A stretch of 64,000 nucleotides of DNA from a virus. Lineage: Duplodnaviria > Caudoviricetes. Below are positions 46,901 through 53,720 of the stretch, one piece after another. Position 1 is the first letter of the stretch; each line of letters starts with the position of its first letter. A program made the position numbers and the translations under genes. The notes beneath the pieces were generated by a model, which was not told the DNA's origin, ran no database searches, and saw nothing but the letters and a program-made list of their open reading frames with translations. The stretch lies in IMG/VR virus record IMGVR_UViG_2565956520_000001; one strand, written 5' to 3'.

Positions 46901-48410
46901 CTCCTTCATGCTGCTGAAGATCATAATCAGGCTGAGACACAACCTCCGGATCCGCGCCTCTAAATAGATCTTCCCGTTCAAACGGAGTATAAACATCAGG
47001 CTCCTGCGAAGGTGACAGCGAACTTGAATCATCAAAAGACGATGGCCGCCAGCCATCGCGCATTGCCATTTCACGCTCAATGCGGACCTCAAGCTCCGGT
47101 TCAGGCTTGAATCTGTAACGTTCCTGAATGTCACCTTTCAGGCCAGCCATACCTTGCGGAGTCTCGTGCTCAGAATCAATTAAATCTATCGGTCCGGATT
47201 CTTTTAGCGTTTCTTTGCCAAGTATTTTTTCCTGCTTTCCATAGAACTCACTCATTTTTTGAACAGGAGTACGGGTATCGGGCGCAGCGGCTTTTTCAGG
47301 TTGAACAGTTTTATCATCAGCAAGCAGATCAACAGTCATTCCCTGCTTAACCTGTTCGATGTTGGCTATCATCTTATCATCAGAAACCTTGGTTTCCTCA
47401 GACAATCCGGCAGGACCAGACATGACCGAACCGCCTGCGCCTGTCAGTGCAGCCGGACCAATAACGTTCACACCTTCTTTGGCGGCCTGCTTCACGCGCT
47501 CAAAAACACCGGGTTTCATTTCCCCGGTCGTTATATAATGAGCAAGATCCTTTGAAATAGACTCAGTCGGCTCTTCTGCCCATTCGCTAATTCCTTCGAC
47601 AGCCCCAGAACTAACATGCTTGGCTGTTTTAGCTGCAACACCTTGCCCAGCTTTGGAGAACATTTTCCCAAATGAAACTGCATTCAGCCCCGCACTGGCC
47701 AAAGACATCATTTCACCAGCACGAGCTGCTTCCTCTTCACTGCCGCCTTTCTCTAAAACTTCACGGTATGTGCTGGAACCTTCCATAGCACCACCGCCTG
47801 CTCCAGCTCCAACAGCCTGCCCGATCCGCGCAAGCCGCTCGATAAGTTGCGGGGTTAGACTCATAGCCTTACCACCAATATTAATAAGCTTACCCACTGC
47901 CGCACCAGGAATCATGGCCGCGCCAAGTGAAGGCGCAAGATTACCAATCTGAGAAGTCCACCAATCGCCCTTGGCTAAAAGTGATGGATCATCCATCACG
48001 TTACCTTGTAGACGTTTAGGAGCTGCGTAAGATTCACGCACAGGCTTATAATAGTCAGCGATCGACTCACCGGCTTCAGCAACAGAATCACTTCCAATGC
48101 GGTTACCCAGCCATTGCATACCGCCACCGAACGATTCACCAAGTCCGGCTTGGCCAGCAGCAACACCGCGCCCCATTTCAACAACAGGAGCGACAAGTGG
48201 ATCAAACATTCCGAATCCATATCCTGCGTCATCACCAGCTGGGGAATCTTTTGGAATTAGTTCAGGACCATTCTGATTTGTAGTTTCAAAAGAATAAACC
48301 GGACTTCCCTTTTCAGGAGAGTCCGGCATTACATTCTTTCTATTTCCTTCTGCTTGCAGTTCACTGACAGCCTGATCGAAAAGTGTATTCATATCCATAT
48401 TAACCACCAT
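37908..48410 (-). CDS. 3500-aa polyvalent ejection protein: DdrB-like ParB, SF2 (strawberry-notch-like) helicase, N6-adenine MTase, two zincin-like motifs, LPD38-type C-terminus
   Basis: GPPII..DG..LGGNSR; NGTGTGKT/DESH/SASP/QTEGRIYR; LEPSAGHG/NPPFG; GHEIIH; MHEQGAHHG; RMPKPFEIG. Confidence 0.88.
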   Translation of the reverse strand: MVVNMDMNTLFDQAVSELQAEGNRKNVMPDSPEKGSPVYSFETTNQNGPELIPKDSPAGDDAGYGFGMFDPLVAPVVEMGRGVAAGQAGLGESFGGGMQWLGNRIGSDSVAEAGESIADYYKPVRESYAAPKRLQGNVMDDPSLLAKGDWWTSQIGNLAPSLGAAMIPGAAVGKLINIGGKAMSLTPQLIERLARIGQAVGAGAGGGAMEGSSTYREVLEKGGSEEEAARAGEMMSLASAGLNAVSFGKMFSKAGQGVAAKTAKHVSSGAVEGISEWAEEPTESISKDLAHYITTGEMKPGVFERVKQAAKEGVNVIGPAALTGAGGSVMSGPAGLSEETKVSDDKMIANIEQVKQGMTVDLLADDKTVQPEKAAAPDTRTPVQKMSEFYGKQEKILGKETLKESGPIDLIDSEHETPQGMAGLKGDIQERYRFKPEPELEVRIEREMAMRDGWRPSSFDDSSSLSPSQEPDVYTPFEREDLFRGADPEVVSQPDYDLQQHEGVSSNRDQGGSLEDVWDIAVRELEQLESPEVIEASGQQDALPLNRPDVQTSELDALPELGSEDVFDTAVQELQDEVTGGLPSERLDVKTAGLKGNESVLEHTDGQDAIRYEVRELEDVVPSHDVHKNFIRHPSYPKEAQERPYHSDAAEQQKVKKHASPLKPRHFINDNPTAASGPPIITSDGITLGGNSRIMSLALAYDQDNGQSTKYKNTLRRKAKQFGLKPEELKTMKNPVLVRVLQDEVNDLSRSSRIYNQDFTQGLDPKAEAVSRGRMLSRDSLASLGRGLGSFDTLRQFLDSTRSTDFVSSLKNDGVIEDTQHGRLFNKETGLLNSDGKDFVESTLRGVVVDNYDVLDMAPPSALAKLDRALPALIQANSRGEGWSLNSPIQDALRIAGKARSESISVKQFLNQGQLIETVPGLNDKKTRVLADALGARQWEGVKAQKFQFFCEEYAKFASMTDGGQGLLPGVSIPKPEESFDKAFIESINDKKEIIKDVSSTSSHLESDSSDSKTQNQLGEGTVSGESGTGGSSDSGNGERYGETGLLEQDDNLLHSGSTSSTGTGSDNSISGTERPDGTAERASGTVEPGRIHRTDDAGKSTDSRASGTAQGSKSGLSSELSGSVGDALRKTSTDQHLPLADKVRLQQEADSSTQVRTEDLSNIRETLPVLFSEQQEDVAKAEARFSNTKDDTNRGIIFTNGTGTGKTYTGLGVMKRFVRQGKTNIAVVVPTDKKAQDWIEDGQNLHLDITQLEGLKDSGEGIIVTSYANFGQNEALFARDFDLLVFDESHKLCENAQGNDTHALNMMHRLAGPNRPDISARKVFQSDMLKEAKKLKDFKLTENFEETPWNIPDKYLSEALLKRIDDKVARIMNTKVVFLSASPFAYDKTIRYADGFLFDSDMGKGGDTNSSYNSGSNWDQFMMSKFGYRMRYNKLTTPEAGVDSALMERAFNEWLKKKGALSGRSLNLDKDYSRQFVDVPAELGQRIQSGIESMWDHKKYPALSGIVHKAFDYHYTMSLLEALKAKNAVERVQQHLDIGRKVVVFHSRNKGLPDHPFNRARFARFASGDPKIMKQFDAWAASNPAYSRMDLRGLLNVRDEMNKAFTDKAAFFSGKESKRDRIKAVNDFNDDRSGVDVIVVQKDAGKEGISLHDKAGEKQRALVSLYLPTKPTDAIQTEGRIYRLGLKSDAVIEYLKTGLSFESRAFGQKISERAGAAENLAMGDLARDLRTAFREGYLDSSSSSPSMKQGQGGKESDSFSGKSSPFDQAKTHYYSQQKRTSRNKAREGADYFATPEPLGFKMAEWLNLLPGQSVLEPSAGHGAIARYFPESAEITVVEPSDELFSKMSVICDGRKINDQFETLAAVNKFDGIAMNPPFGSGGKMAVDHLAKAFIHLREGGRVVCILPEGPAADRKFDKWYESEEAEHAHKVAEFGLPPETFGRAGTKVKTRIVIIDKVSEGAENLQTKSRIDFNAGKVEELFERIQDVTAPERFVKTVDSETIFNDAGLELERITNSKGGFWVVTGETYANKKVLKDAGAKWNRTEKGWAFYQGENPLESIAQELDRLPASLGDIDLVKRSSYENPRRTRRTDIYAEKIRREYGLEFADGSIFEVDPVDLHVSVSRSRGSSRAGGSQTREAESQFTETQGIPSGTDSRGGRKRETETGSLPAASVKSESGVRTGDFALLDKLAGLFGKEITYVASDLPILPGDAHADLKQGVVFMRPDANEPHLFLLGHEIIHFLKRDAPALYNKYLMVAQSQRKGEAWRGFHKDIDATTRKAGGKGLSSGQANEELLGNLSGEQFMDPDFWHELEAANPTLFRRVARKIRRMIDKVLAVFGKHDQSSRYFRDIQKVRDSLVSVLAEYASQQSGKPSDRQSGTTSGRQDVKASKRQSSDSDNPIHFSKTSTIRNPTSVRSVRGAVQELQARAENALPLEVVSLFEDLPEHIRKAFNAQGGGYCEACNDPKTGKVWMVAENISSRKRAVELWMHEQGAHHGLRGLLGDSDYVQMLRKVGRSAKRSKEFKDIALDYDFDLATDSGRDMASHEYLAQLAEKVDQNKVLTQREKGVWRKVVDAVMKWLAKLRIRLPGSLTRREINRIVADAVFWTVQGDGLHSPSPRGGAEAVSYSRSNPVRESAMAKIGQVKEKTTIGERIGRIREFMATEFNQGMFDRFDSLKDLDKAAGVTDMEESAYVAARMSTSHADQIAAVIEHGAPIWREGAMDVEGEGLATIFEPVAHELDRFTGWLVGLRAKKLMAEGRENLFTEEEIDELCKLNSGREAQYEAVQKKYIEFKTKVLDFAQDAGVINAAGRTLWEHDEYIPFYRINETGEEKASVKSPHGSKGIANQYSGIRRLRGGTSNLGDPFENIIRNFSHLIDTSVKNRAMELSMVHAENIGIATNAEFKWEALKLKGQALRSSLVKVFGDEDAVAKMTKAQRDSLQTVFRMVKPDAKDVVSVLRDGKPVYYHIADPLLLRSLTSVNMQSWNNFGMKTARLFKRMLTTGITSTPDFMVRNLVRDTVHGWGVDRTGTFLPVVGSFKGAIKTLSKDEDTIKMMAAGAAFHGGYAFGHDPAAAKLLVEKLVKKHKIDRDSILDTPKKLANFAKLGWMKWQDLGSAFENATRARLYEGVKKKGGSHLEAAYEAKDIMDYSMGGDWLATRFLCETVPFFGARMVGLNRLGRGAYENPSGFMTKGAMVALASVLLYLNNRDREEFKGLEHWDRDNYYHFFVDEKHFRMPKPFEIGAIFGTLPERLTEYSLDGKDGDLLRERLQFMLTQTFSVGTPQIVTPILEQWADKSFFTGRAIVPMRLKRLQPGAQRDHRTSETAALIGEKTGTSPKRIEHLVNGYFGTLGVYVMSMADIVTREMVDAPELPSRRLDDMPLIKSFFRSTPSRHSCHLTELYDMVEQADELYSTVMNYAKTGEADKAKALVKDPDNRKILAKRQPYNQLRRALAQIETAMRQIHRSRKLTPDEKRVRIDGLLEKRNLVVRRVMK
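38254..38277 (+). repeat. Octamer array E, 3 units, inside giant gene
   Basis: ATGTCGTC TAGACGTC TGGACGGC. Confidence 0.5.
41220..41291 (+). repeat. Octamer array B, 9 units, inside giant gene
   Basis: TTGACGTT TAGACGCT TTGACGTC TTGACGTC CTGACGTT GTGCCGCT TTGACGGT CGGACGGC TTGCCGCT. Confidence 0.85.
44990..45421 (-). CDS. Candidate overprinted gene (143 aa) in the +1 frame of the giant gene
   Basis: AAGGAG-N10-ATG; MYQVPQAIWNQIAQTQKLRTNWAKGLF..., amphipathic L/E-rich sequence. Confidence 0.6.
   Translation of the reverse strand: MYQVPQAIWNQIAQTQKLRTNWAKGLFPASPELADLVIQEMENDMEKQGYLSKTITSYTQVLPLLLEREAITAYLEQSGRMELRNALPELLSLEESIELMTLENRLTPEHQEQLRDLSPDYPANSLEVWAMPFEKHLQINIYR
46634..46673 (+). 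repeat. Octamer array C, 5 units, inside giant gene
   Basis: CTGCCGTC TTGACGTC AAGACGTT CTGACGGC AAACCGCC. Confidence 0.7.
46751..46806 (+). repeat. Octamer array D, 7 units, inside giant gene
   Basis: CTGACGTC TGGACGTC TGGACGGT TTAACGGC AAAGCGTC TTGCTGCC CTGACGCT. Confidence 0.78.
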
Positions 48411-49950
48411 AACCCTGTTGGCTTACTCCAGCGGGAATCTGTTTAGATCTGATCTCAGACTTACTTTCAAGAATCCTACGAGCACCTTGAATTCCGTGCT
48501 GTTTAATAAGCAACTTAACTTCATCAACCTGCTTGCGCTGTTCTGGATCTTCAGCCGGAACAAAATCAGAACCAGCTTTCAAAACCTGCTCATATATTTC
48601 AATTGCCTGCCATGCGGATTTCAGTCTGGCCTTGTCAGTTTGGGATTTAGGAACCCACTGTCCACCTTTGTAGTCATCGACTAACTTTGATGCATCGTTA
48701 AAAGCGTTATTACCCTCACTGGTAAATTCACCTGTATCTAAATCTAGAAGAGTAGTTCCTTTCAAATGGAACGGCTTAAGCGCATCACCTAGAGCTTTTC
48801 GCATATCACCAACTTTCTCACGCGCTTGCTTATCTGGAAGCCCTTGAGTTTCCGCTAAAGTCTTCTGAGTATCAGCATCAGTTTTTCGAGTATCAGCACG
48901 ACTTTTACCTGTATCAGCATAAACTTTACCAGTTTGAGCTTCGGTATGAGCAATATCCGCCCCGGTCTTGGCAAGTCCTGCACGTTTTTCGCGCAGATCA
49001 ACTGAAGTGCGAACATAGCCGGGTAGCTTATCTAATGAATCAACAATTGAAGTACTGCCGTTATCTTCATCAAGCACTACGTATTGAACGCCCTGCGAAT
49101 AATCGGGACTGTTCTGCGGCACTGCGTGAACGAGATGCCCTTGCTTATTAACCAGCGGGATCCACTTTGAAGGATCTTTCATCACTTCAGCATTTCCCTG
49201 GCGAGTAGCTTCCATGTAACGGTCAGCTGCTCCAGCAAAAACAGGGTTATAAGCTTTACCGTCAAGAGCTACCTTTTCGCCGGATAAAAACTCTCTGATT
49301 GCATCCCCGGTTTGCCCTACGGTCAGCCGCCTGCCTGTGCCAGTCCAGCCGCCCTCTTTATCAGAACGAAATTCAATGCCGTATGTTTTAGAACGCTGAT
49401 CAAAATCTGTAAGGCGATAGGGCATGGGAGCCATTTCAGAAGCTCTTTTCATATCGATAACTGCCCCGTCAAAGTTGCCTTCGTCTAAAGACTTAAGTGC
49501 ATCCCCGCCTACCTTTCGAAAATCCTGATACTCTTTATCGATTCTACCCATACGCTTTTTACGCAGAGCTTCTTTGCCGTCTTGAAATTTAGTGGCCACA
49601 TCTGCGGCATGACCAAACGCAGAAATTCCGGCCAAGGTTGTAGGAGCTTTAACGGCATCAAAGTCCCAATTATTAGTTTGCAATTCGCCAACAAGCCGCT
49701 CTGTTTCCAGCCGAACAGACTTATTGAATTGCGACTGTTCTGCCGCCTCACGTTCACGATGCATTGCATAGGCTTTACTCTGACTTCTTTGACTTACGTT
49801 CTTCGGCATTCCATTACCCGAAGCCAAAGAATTAAATGCCCGATCCGTTTGCTGGCCATCAGTATAATCATTCATCATACCAGTTAATGAACCCATTGCC
49901 CCGACAAGCTGACCTGCGTATTCGTCTCCCGCCATTCCAAATCCACTCAT
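48400..49950 (-). CDS. Putative internal virion/ejection protein
   Basis: Helical, Gly-rich N-terminus; directly upstream of giant gene. Confidence 0.62.
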   Translation of the reverse strand: MSGFGMAGDEYAGQLVGAMGSLTGMMNDYTDGQQTDRAFNSLASGNGMPKNVSQRSQSKAYAMHREREAAEQSQFNKSVRLETERLVGELQTNNWDFDAVKAPTTLAGISAFGHAADVATKFQDGKEALRKKRMGRIDKEYQDFRKVGGDALKSLDEGNFDGAVIDMKRASEMAPMPYRLTDFDQRSKTYGIEFRSDKEGGWTGTGRRLTVGQTGDAIREFLSGEKVALDGKAYNPVFAGAADRYMEATRQGNAEVMKDPSKWIPLVNKQGHLVHAVPQNSPDYSQGVQYVVLDEDNGSTSIVDSLDKLPGYVRTSVDLREKRAGLAKTGADIAHTEAQTGKVYADTGKSRADTRKTDADTQKTLAETQGLPDKQAREKVGDMRKALGDALKPFHLKGTTLLDLDTGEFTSEGNNAFNDASKLVDDYKGGQWVPKSQTDKARLKSAWQAIEIYEQVLKAGSDFVPAEDPEQRKQVDEVKLLIKQHGIQGARRILESKSEIRSKQIPAGVSQQGYGG

Positions 49951-49959
49951 GACAATCTC

Positions 49960-50430
49960 CTATCCGAATAAATACATACCAAGGCCAACAGCAGCCCCTA
50001 CACCAAGCCCAATCGGACCAGCCATTGAACCTGCGGCGGCGGCTCCGCCTATCGTTCCTGCGGCTGTAGCACCAGCAGCGGCAGTTGCTCCGGCGGCGGT
50101 TGCACCAGCGGCAGCTGTTCCGGCCGCAGCAGCAGTCCCGGCAGCAGCAGCGGTTCCACCTGCTACGGCGGCCCCTGTTCCTGCGGCGGCAGCTGTAGTT
50201 GCTCCAGCAGTCGATGCACCAATAATTCCGGCCTCAGTCATGCCTTGCACGGCTGATATTCCCATCATTCCACCGGAAAAAGTGGACATAGCCGCACCTC
50301 CGCCGGTCTTTTCAGGCTTGCCTGGAGTCGGAGTTTTTCTGCTCATCATGGCAGCAGTATTTGATGCACCCTGCATTCCTGCCATGGCGCGATCACCTGG
50401 ATTATCGACATTAAACATTCCCATACCCAT
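49960..50430 (-). CDS. Ala/Gly/Thr-rich putative ejection protein
   Basis: GATAAAG repeats and C-terminal glycine zipper; GGAG RBS. Confidence 0.6.
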   Translation of the reverse strand: MGMGMFNVDNPGDRAMAGMQGASNTAAMMSRKTPTPGKPEKTGGGAAMSTFSGGMMGISAVQGMTEAGIIGASTAGATTAAAAGTGAAVAGGTAAAAGTAAAAGTAAAGATAAGATAAAGATAAGTIGGAAAAGSMAGPIGLGVGAAVGLGMYLFG

Positions 50431-50439
50431 AATGACCTC

Positions 50440-51081
50440 CTATGCCATTCCGAATGAAGCGGCAGACTTCAAACGATTAAAATTTTCATCTTTTGCTGTT
50501 CTACGTGCTTTGGTCCTGGCTCCGGCAACAGACTTAGCTTGCGAAAGAGCAAGATCCTTCTGCATTCCTGCAAAATGACCAGAGTTCACATTTTGACCAG
50601 TCCGCGAGTAATTGCGCTGAGCCTGCATTCCTGCAAGGCCGTATCCCTGTTTAACGTCAGCTTCTGCCTGTGAAACACGGCTATTAACATCAACGCCCTT
50701 CTGAGCTTCATCCATAAAATCTTGACGCACATTCAGTTGTTTTTTGCTGGCTTCAGTCTGGAGTGGTAGAAGCTCTCTGCTTGAAGTGATTTGCTCTTCC
50801 GCAAGTGCAGTCTGGTGTGGAATCAATTTGCGGTTAGCGGCAATCTGCTCTTTTTCCATGGGCTGATAATCAGACTTCCAGAAATCAAAATAGTCTTCGG
50901 CCATACCCTGTTGCGCTTCGTAAATAGTAGCCATGCGATCATTGTACTTTTCATCAATTGAATCACTGCCGCCTCCGCCACTTCCACCGCAAAGGGCAAC
51001 AGGTCCGTTATATTCAAAGGACTCTTCGTGTTCGACTTCACCAGTCGCCATATCAATCACAACTTTTGTATAAATCTTCAT
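50440..51081 (-). CDS. Putative ejection (pilot-like) protein
   Basis: MKIYTKVVIDM..EESFEY.GPVALCGGSGGGG N-terminus seen in podovirus ejection proteins. Confidence 0.65.
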   Translation of the reverse strand: MKIYTKVVIDMATGEVEHEESFEYNGPVALCGGSGGGGSDSIDEKYNDRMATIYEAQQGMAEDYFDFWKSDYQPMEKEQIAANRKLIPHQTALAEEQITSSRELLPLQTEASKKQLNVRQDFMDEAQKGVDVNSRVSQAEADVKQGYGLAGMQAQRNYSRTGQNVNSGHFAGMQKDLALSQAKSVAGARTKARRTAKDENFNRLKSAASFGMA

Positions 51082-51611
51082 GACATCATCTCTCTTGTTA
51101 TCGATAGAACTGCCACAGGCTCGCTTCTGCCTTCCTTCGCTATCCAAGCACCATTTGGAATTTAGCCACAGAGTTGCCCTCCGCAACGCATTACAAACTT
51201 GACTGCTGACTTGTTTCTGATCGGGGTGTAACCCAGCAACATGTCATAAATATACTCACCGGCATTGTTCTTCATGTTCAAAATTTCATTGTATGTGAAT
51301 CGCCCCAATTCAATAAGATCACGACGGGGACAGGCTTCAAAAACAACCCAGTGCATGCGGGCAAAACGCCCTTCATGACGGTCCAGCCAAACCAAACCAA
51401 CTGCTATTTCGTCCTGCACAACAATCCACGCAACTGCATCCTTTAAGACCTTCACAAACCCATCCGCGCTATGAATTTTTTCTTCATAAAAAACGGTATC
51501 AGCGTGGCCTTCTACTTCGATCCGTTCAAAAAGATCTTTGATGTAACTATCCGGGAATGAACGGATGCCATCCCACTCTAAATATGGAATAAGTCTAAAC
51601 TTTGGATTCAT
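51078..51611 (-). pseudogene. GNAT-like gene interrupted by in-frame TAA at 51162-51164
   Basis: Frame continues 27 codons (IPNGAWIAKEGRSEPVAVLSITREMMS) to a TGA overlapping the next ATG. Confidence 0.68.
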
Positions 51612-51799
51612 CTTTTCACCGCCTGCTTACGGGCCTCATCCTCGGAGACAAGTCCCAGTTCAACCAGATCATTAAAGGTCACCACACGGTGCATAGGGTT
51701 TGGAATTCCGTATAAACGGAGCTTCAACACAGTCCGGAGCTGATTCAGAAAATGCATAATATTGCCTGCATGAACAGCAGGAAGCATTGGCAGCTTCAT
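51608..51799 (-). CDS. Small hypothetical protein
   Basis: ATGA-type overlaps with both neighbours. Confidence 0.55.
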   Translation of the reverse strand: MKLPMLPAVHAGNIMHFLNQLRTVLKLRLYGIPNPMHRVVTFNDLVELGLVSEDEARKQAVKR

Positions 51800-53502
51800 A
51801 AAAGATCCCCCATTGCAGGGTCTATATCCACCTTGGAAATCGGAATATCACTGACTATTCCCATCTGAAAACGGGTTGCCACATATCCAGCTGGAAGGAT
51901 GAATGGACGGTCTGTTTTAATCCGACCTTCAAACACTTGCTTACCGTCAGCAATCAGAATGAAATATACTTCACCTTTACGCTGAACCCTGTAGAAACTG
52001 TTTGAATCACCGCCCAAACAAACAGCTCCGGCCATGTCAGACCCTACGCAAGAAAGTTCAAGTGGTTGTTTAAGAAAGCTATCATCCGGCGCATTGGCGT
52101 AGTCAGCCAAAACAATCCCGGCCTCCATGTTTACTGGCTCCTTAGTCCGCATTTCACCGGACACCCATTCACTTCTCAAAGAAAAATCAGAACCATCCCA
52201 TTGGCTGATTATGGTCTGTGTTCCTGCCGGATATGCAACGTGAAGAAGCCTTCCTTCCGGCTCAACTGTCAGAGCGGTGCAATGGAATCCGAGCTTGGTT
52301 AGGAGCTTTGATATAGGATCGAAAACAAACCCCGCGCCCGGTTCATGGAAACAGATATACTGCCCGGCATGCCAGACTCCGTTAAAGGAATCCGGCTTTA
52401 ACGCTCTCCAGTCTTTTTCCGTGAAAATTCCAGCGGTGATGTTTTGAGGAACACTGCCCGGTTGAACCAGATACAGCCCGTTGAGACTTGGAAAAATTAC
52501 ACCGAAAGGAGACGCCACAACTCCAGCTGCGGAAGTGCAGGGAAGATAGCCGTCCAAACAGTTCGGAACCGACAGAGAAGGATCATCAACTGTGATGGTA
52601 TGGACATTTGCACGAGTGAGAATCACCAGCGTGTTTCCAGTTGATTCCATGGCCACAATCTCATGAGGAACAGACATGCCATATGCATCAGGCCAAGCGT
52701 GAGGATAGCCCGGCTCTGACAAGAAAATTTCGTTCCCTTTGAATCCTGCAAACATGTTGCCCGGCAGAGAAGTCAGCCCCTGAAGCTTTTGCGGAGCCGG
52801 TTCCCAGTACCGTGAAACCATAACTTCGGCAGTATCCGAATCAGGTACGGAATCCGCAAAGCTTACGGTTCCCGCTTCAAGCTCTTTTACAAAATGGAAT
52901 TCAGATGTTTCAGTCCCTGCAACAGTCCGATAAATCCGTATCAGCGATATAGGCCGAAAACCTTCTGCGACGTTGTTCAACCCCGAAACATTGACTGTCT
53001 GCCCTTCCTGAACGTCCACAACAGCAGATGGAGCGGACGGTGGCCCCTCTTCTCCCAGATCGGAAACGAGCGTGTACACATAAACACGGGAAACGATATC
53101 CGACTCTTCAACGCCAGTACCGGAAACGGTTACTAAGGGAACAGAATCCGGAGATGGAACACCCAGAGAATAGCGATTTTTGAGGGTATTGTTTTCAAGT
53201 TCATCACTGTTGCAAAACAGAAACGCGCCCTCATCATCAGTGCCGTAAACCCGTTCTTTCTGATCACCAGCAATGGGACCGTCACGCAGGATCACACGGC
53301 CAACCCATGACAGCCACTTGTCCTGATAACGGTAAATAGTACCTGCCGCGCCCTGTATGCTGTCCACTTTCAGCAAGCCGCCAAGAGGACGAATCTCGCC
53401 GGATTCAAGCAGACAGTTTACAGCAGTTTCAGCCTGCCCAGGCTCCAGGAGGTGAGAAGCAAGGGCAGGCTTCATGCCGGAAAAGACAGTAACTTCAAAC
53501 AT
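51796..53502 (-). CDS. Tail nozzle/stabilisation protein (tail tubular B-like)
   Basis: FSGMKP, YVYTLV..GEEGPPS, IYRT, FLSEP..PHAWP..Y motifs. Confidence 0.75.
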   Translation of the reverse strand: MFEVTVFSGMKPALASHLLEPGQAETAVNCLLESGEIRPLGGLLKVDSIQGAAGTIYRYQDKWLSWVGRVILRDGPIAGDQKERVYGTDDEGAFLFCNSDELENNTLKNRYSLGVPSPDSVPLVTVSGTGVEESDIVSRVYVYTLVSDLGEEGPPSAPSAVVDVQEGQTVNVSGLNNVAEGFRPISLIRIYRTVAGTETSEFHFVKELEAGTVSFADSVPDSDTAEVMVSRYWEPAPQKLQGLTSLPGNMFAGFKGNEIFLSEPGYPHAWPDAYGMSVPHEIVAMESTGNTLVILTRANVHTITVDDPSLSVPNCLDGYLPCTSAAGVVASPFGVIFPSLNGLYLVQPGSVPQNITAGIFTEKDWRALKPDSFNGVWHAGQYICFHEPGAGFVFDPISKLLTKLGFHCTALTVEPEGRLLHVAYPAGTQTIISQWDGSDFSLRSEWVSGEMRTKEPVNMEAGIVLADYANAPDDSFLKQPLELSCVGSDMAGAVCLGGDSNSFYRVQRKGEVYFILIADGKQVFEGRIKTDRPFILPAGYVATRFQMGIVSDIPISKVDIDPAMGDLL

Positions 53503-53504
53503 GT

Positions 53505-53720
53505 TTACTCTGTCAGCCCGAGAAGAGTTAAGGCTGCTTCGCGCCCATACTGAATTGTCAGGGATGCTATTTTAAATTCTTCAAGAGTAGTAGCGTTACG
53601 AAGAGCTTCCCTTGAATCTTCACTGACTAGACTGAGATCAAATTCGGAAGCAGGACGTGCAGCAACTTCTTCCCAGAGCGCAGCTCCGCCCGGCTGATCG
53701 TCAACTTTAACAACTGGCAT
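53505..53720 (-). CDS. Small protein downstream of tail fibre (possible chaperone)
   Basis: Position; GGAG RBS. Confidence 0.45.
   Translation of the reverse strand: MPVVKVDDQPGGAALWEEVAARPASEFDLSLVSEDSREALRNATTLEEFKIASLTIQYGREAALTLLGLTE

Noticed and set aside
49949-50578. 209-aa Pro/Ala-rich plus-strand ORF
   Set aside because: Antisense of the GCN-repeat gene 49960-50430, which has the RBS and operon context
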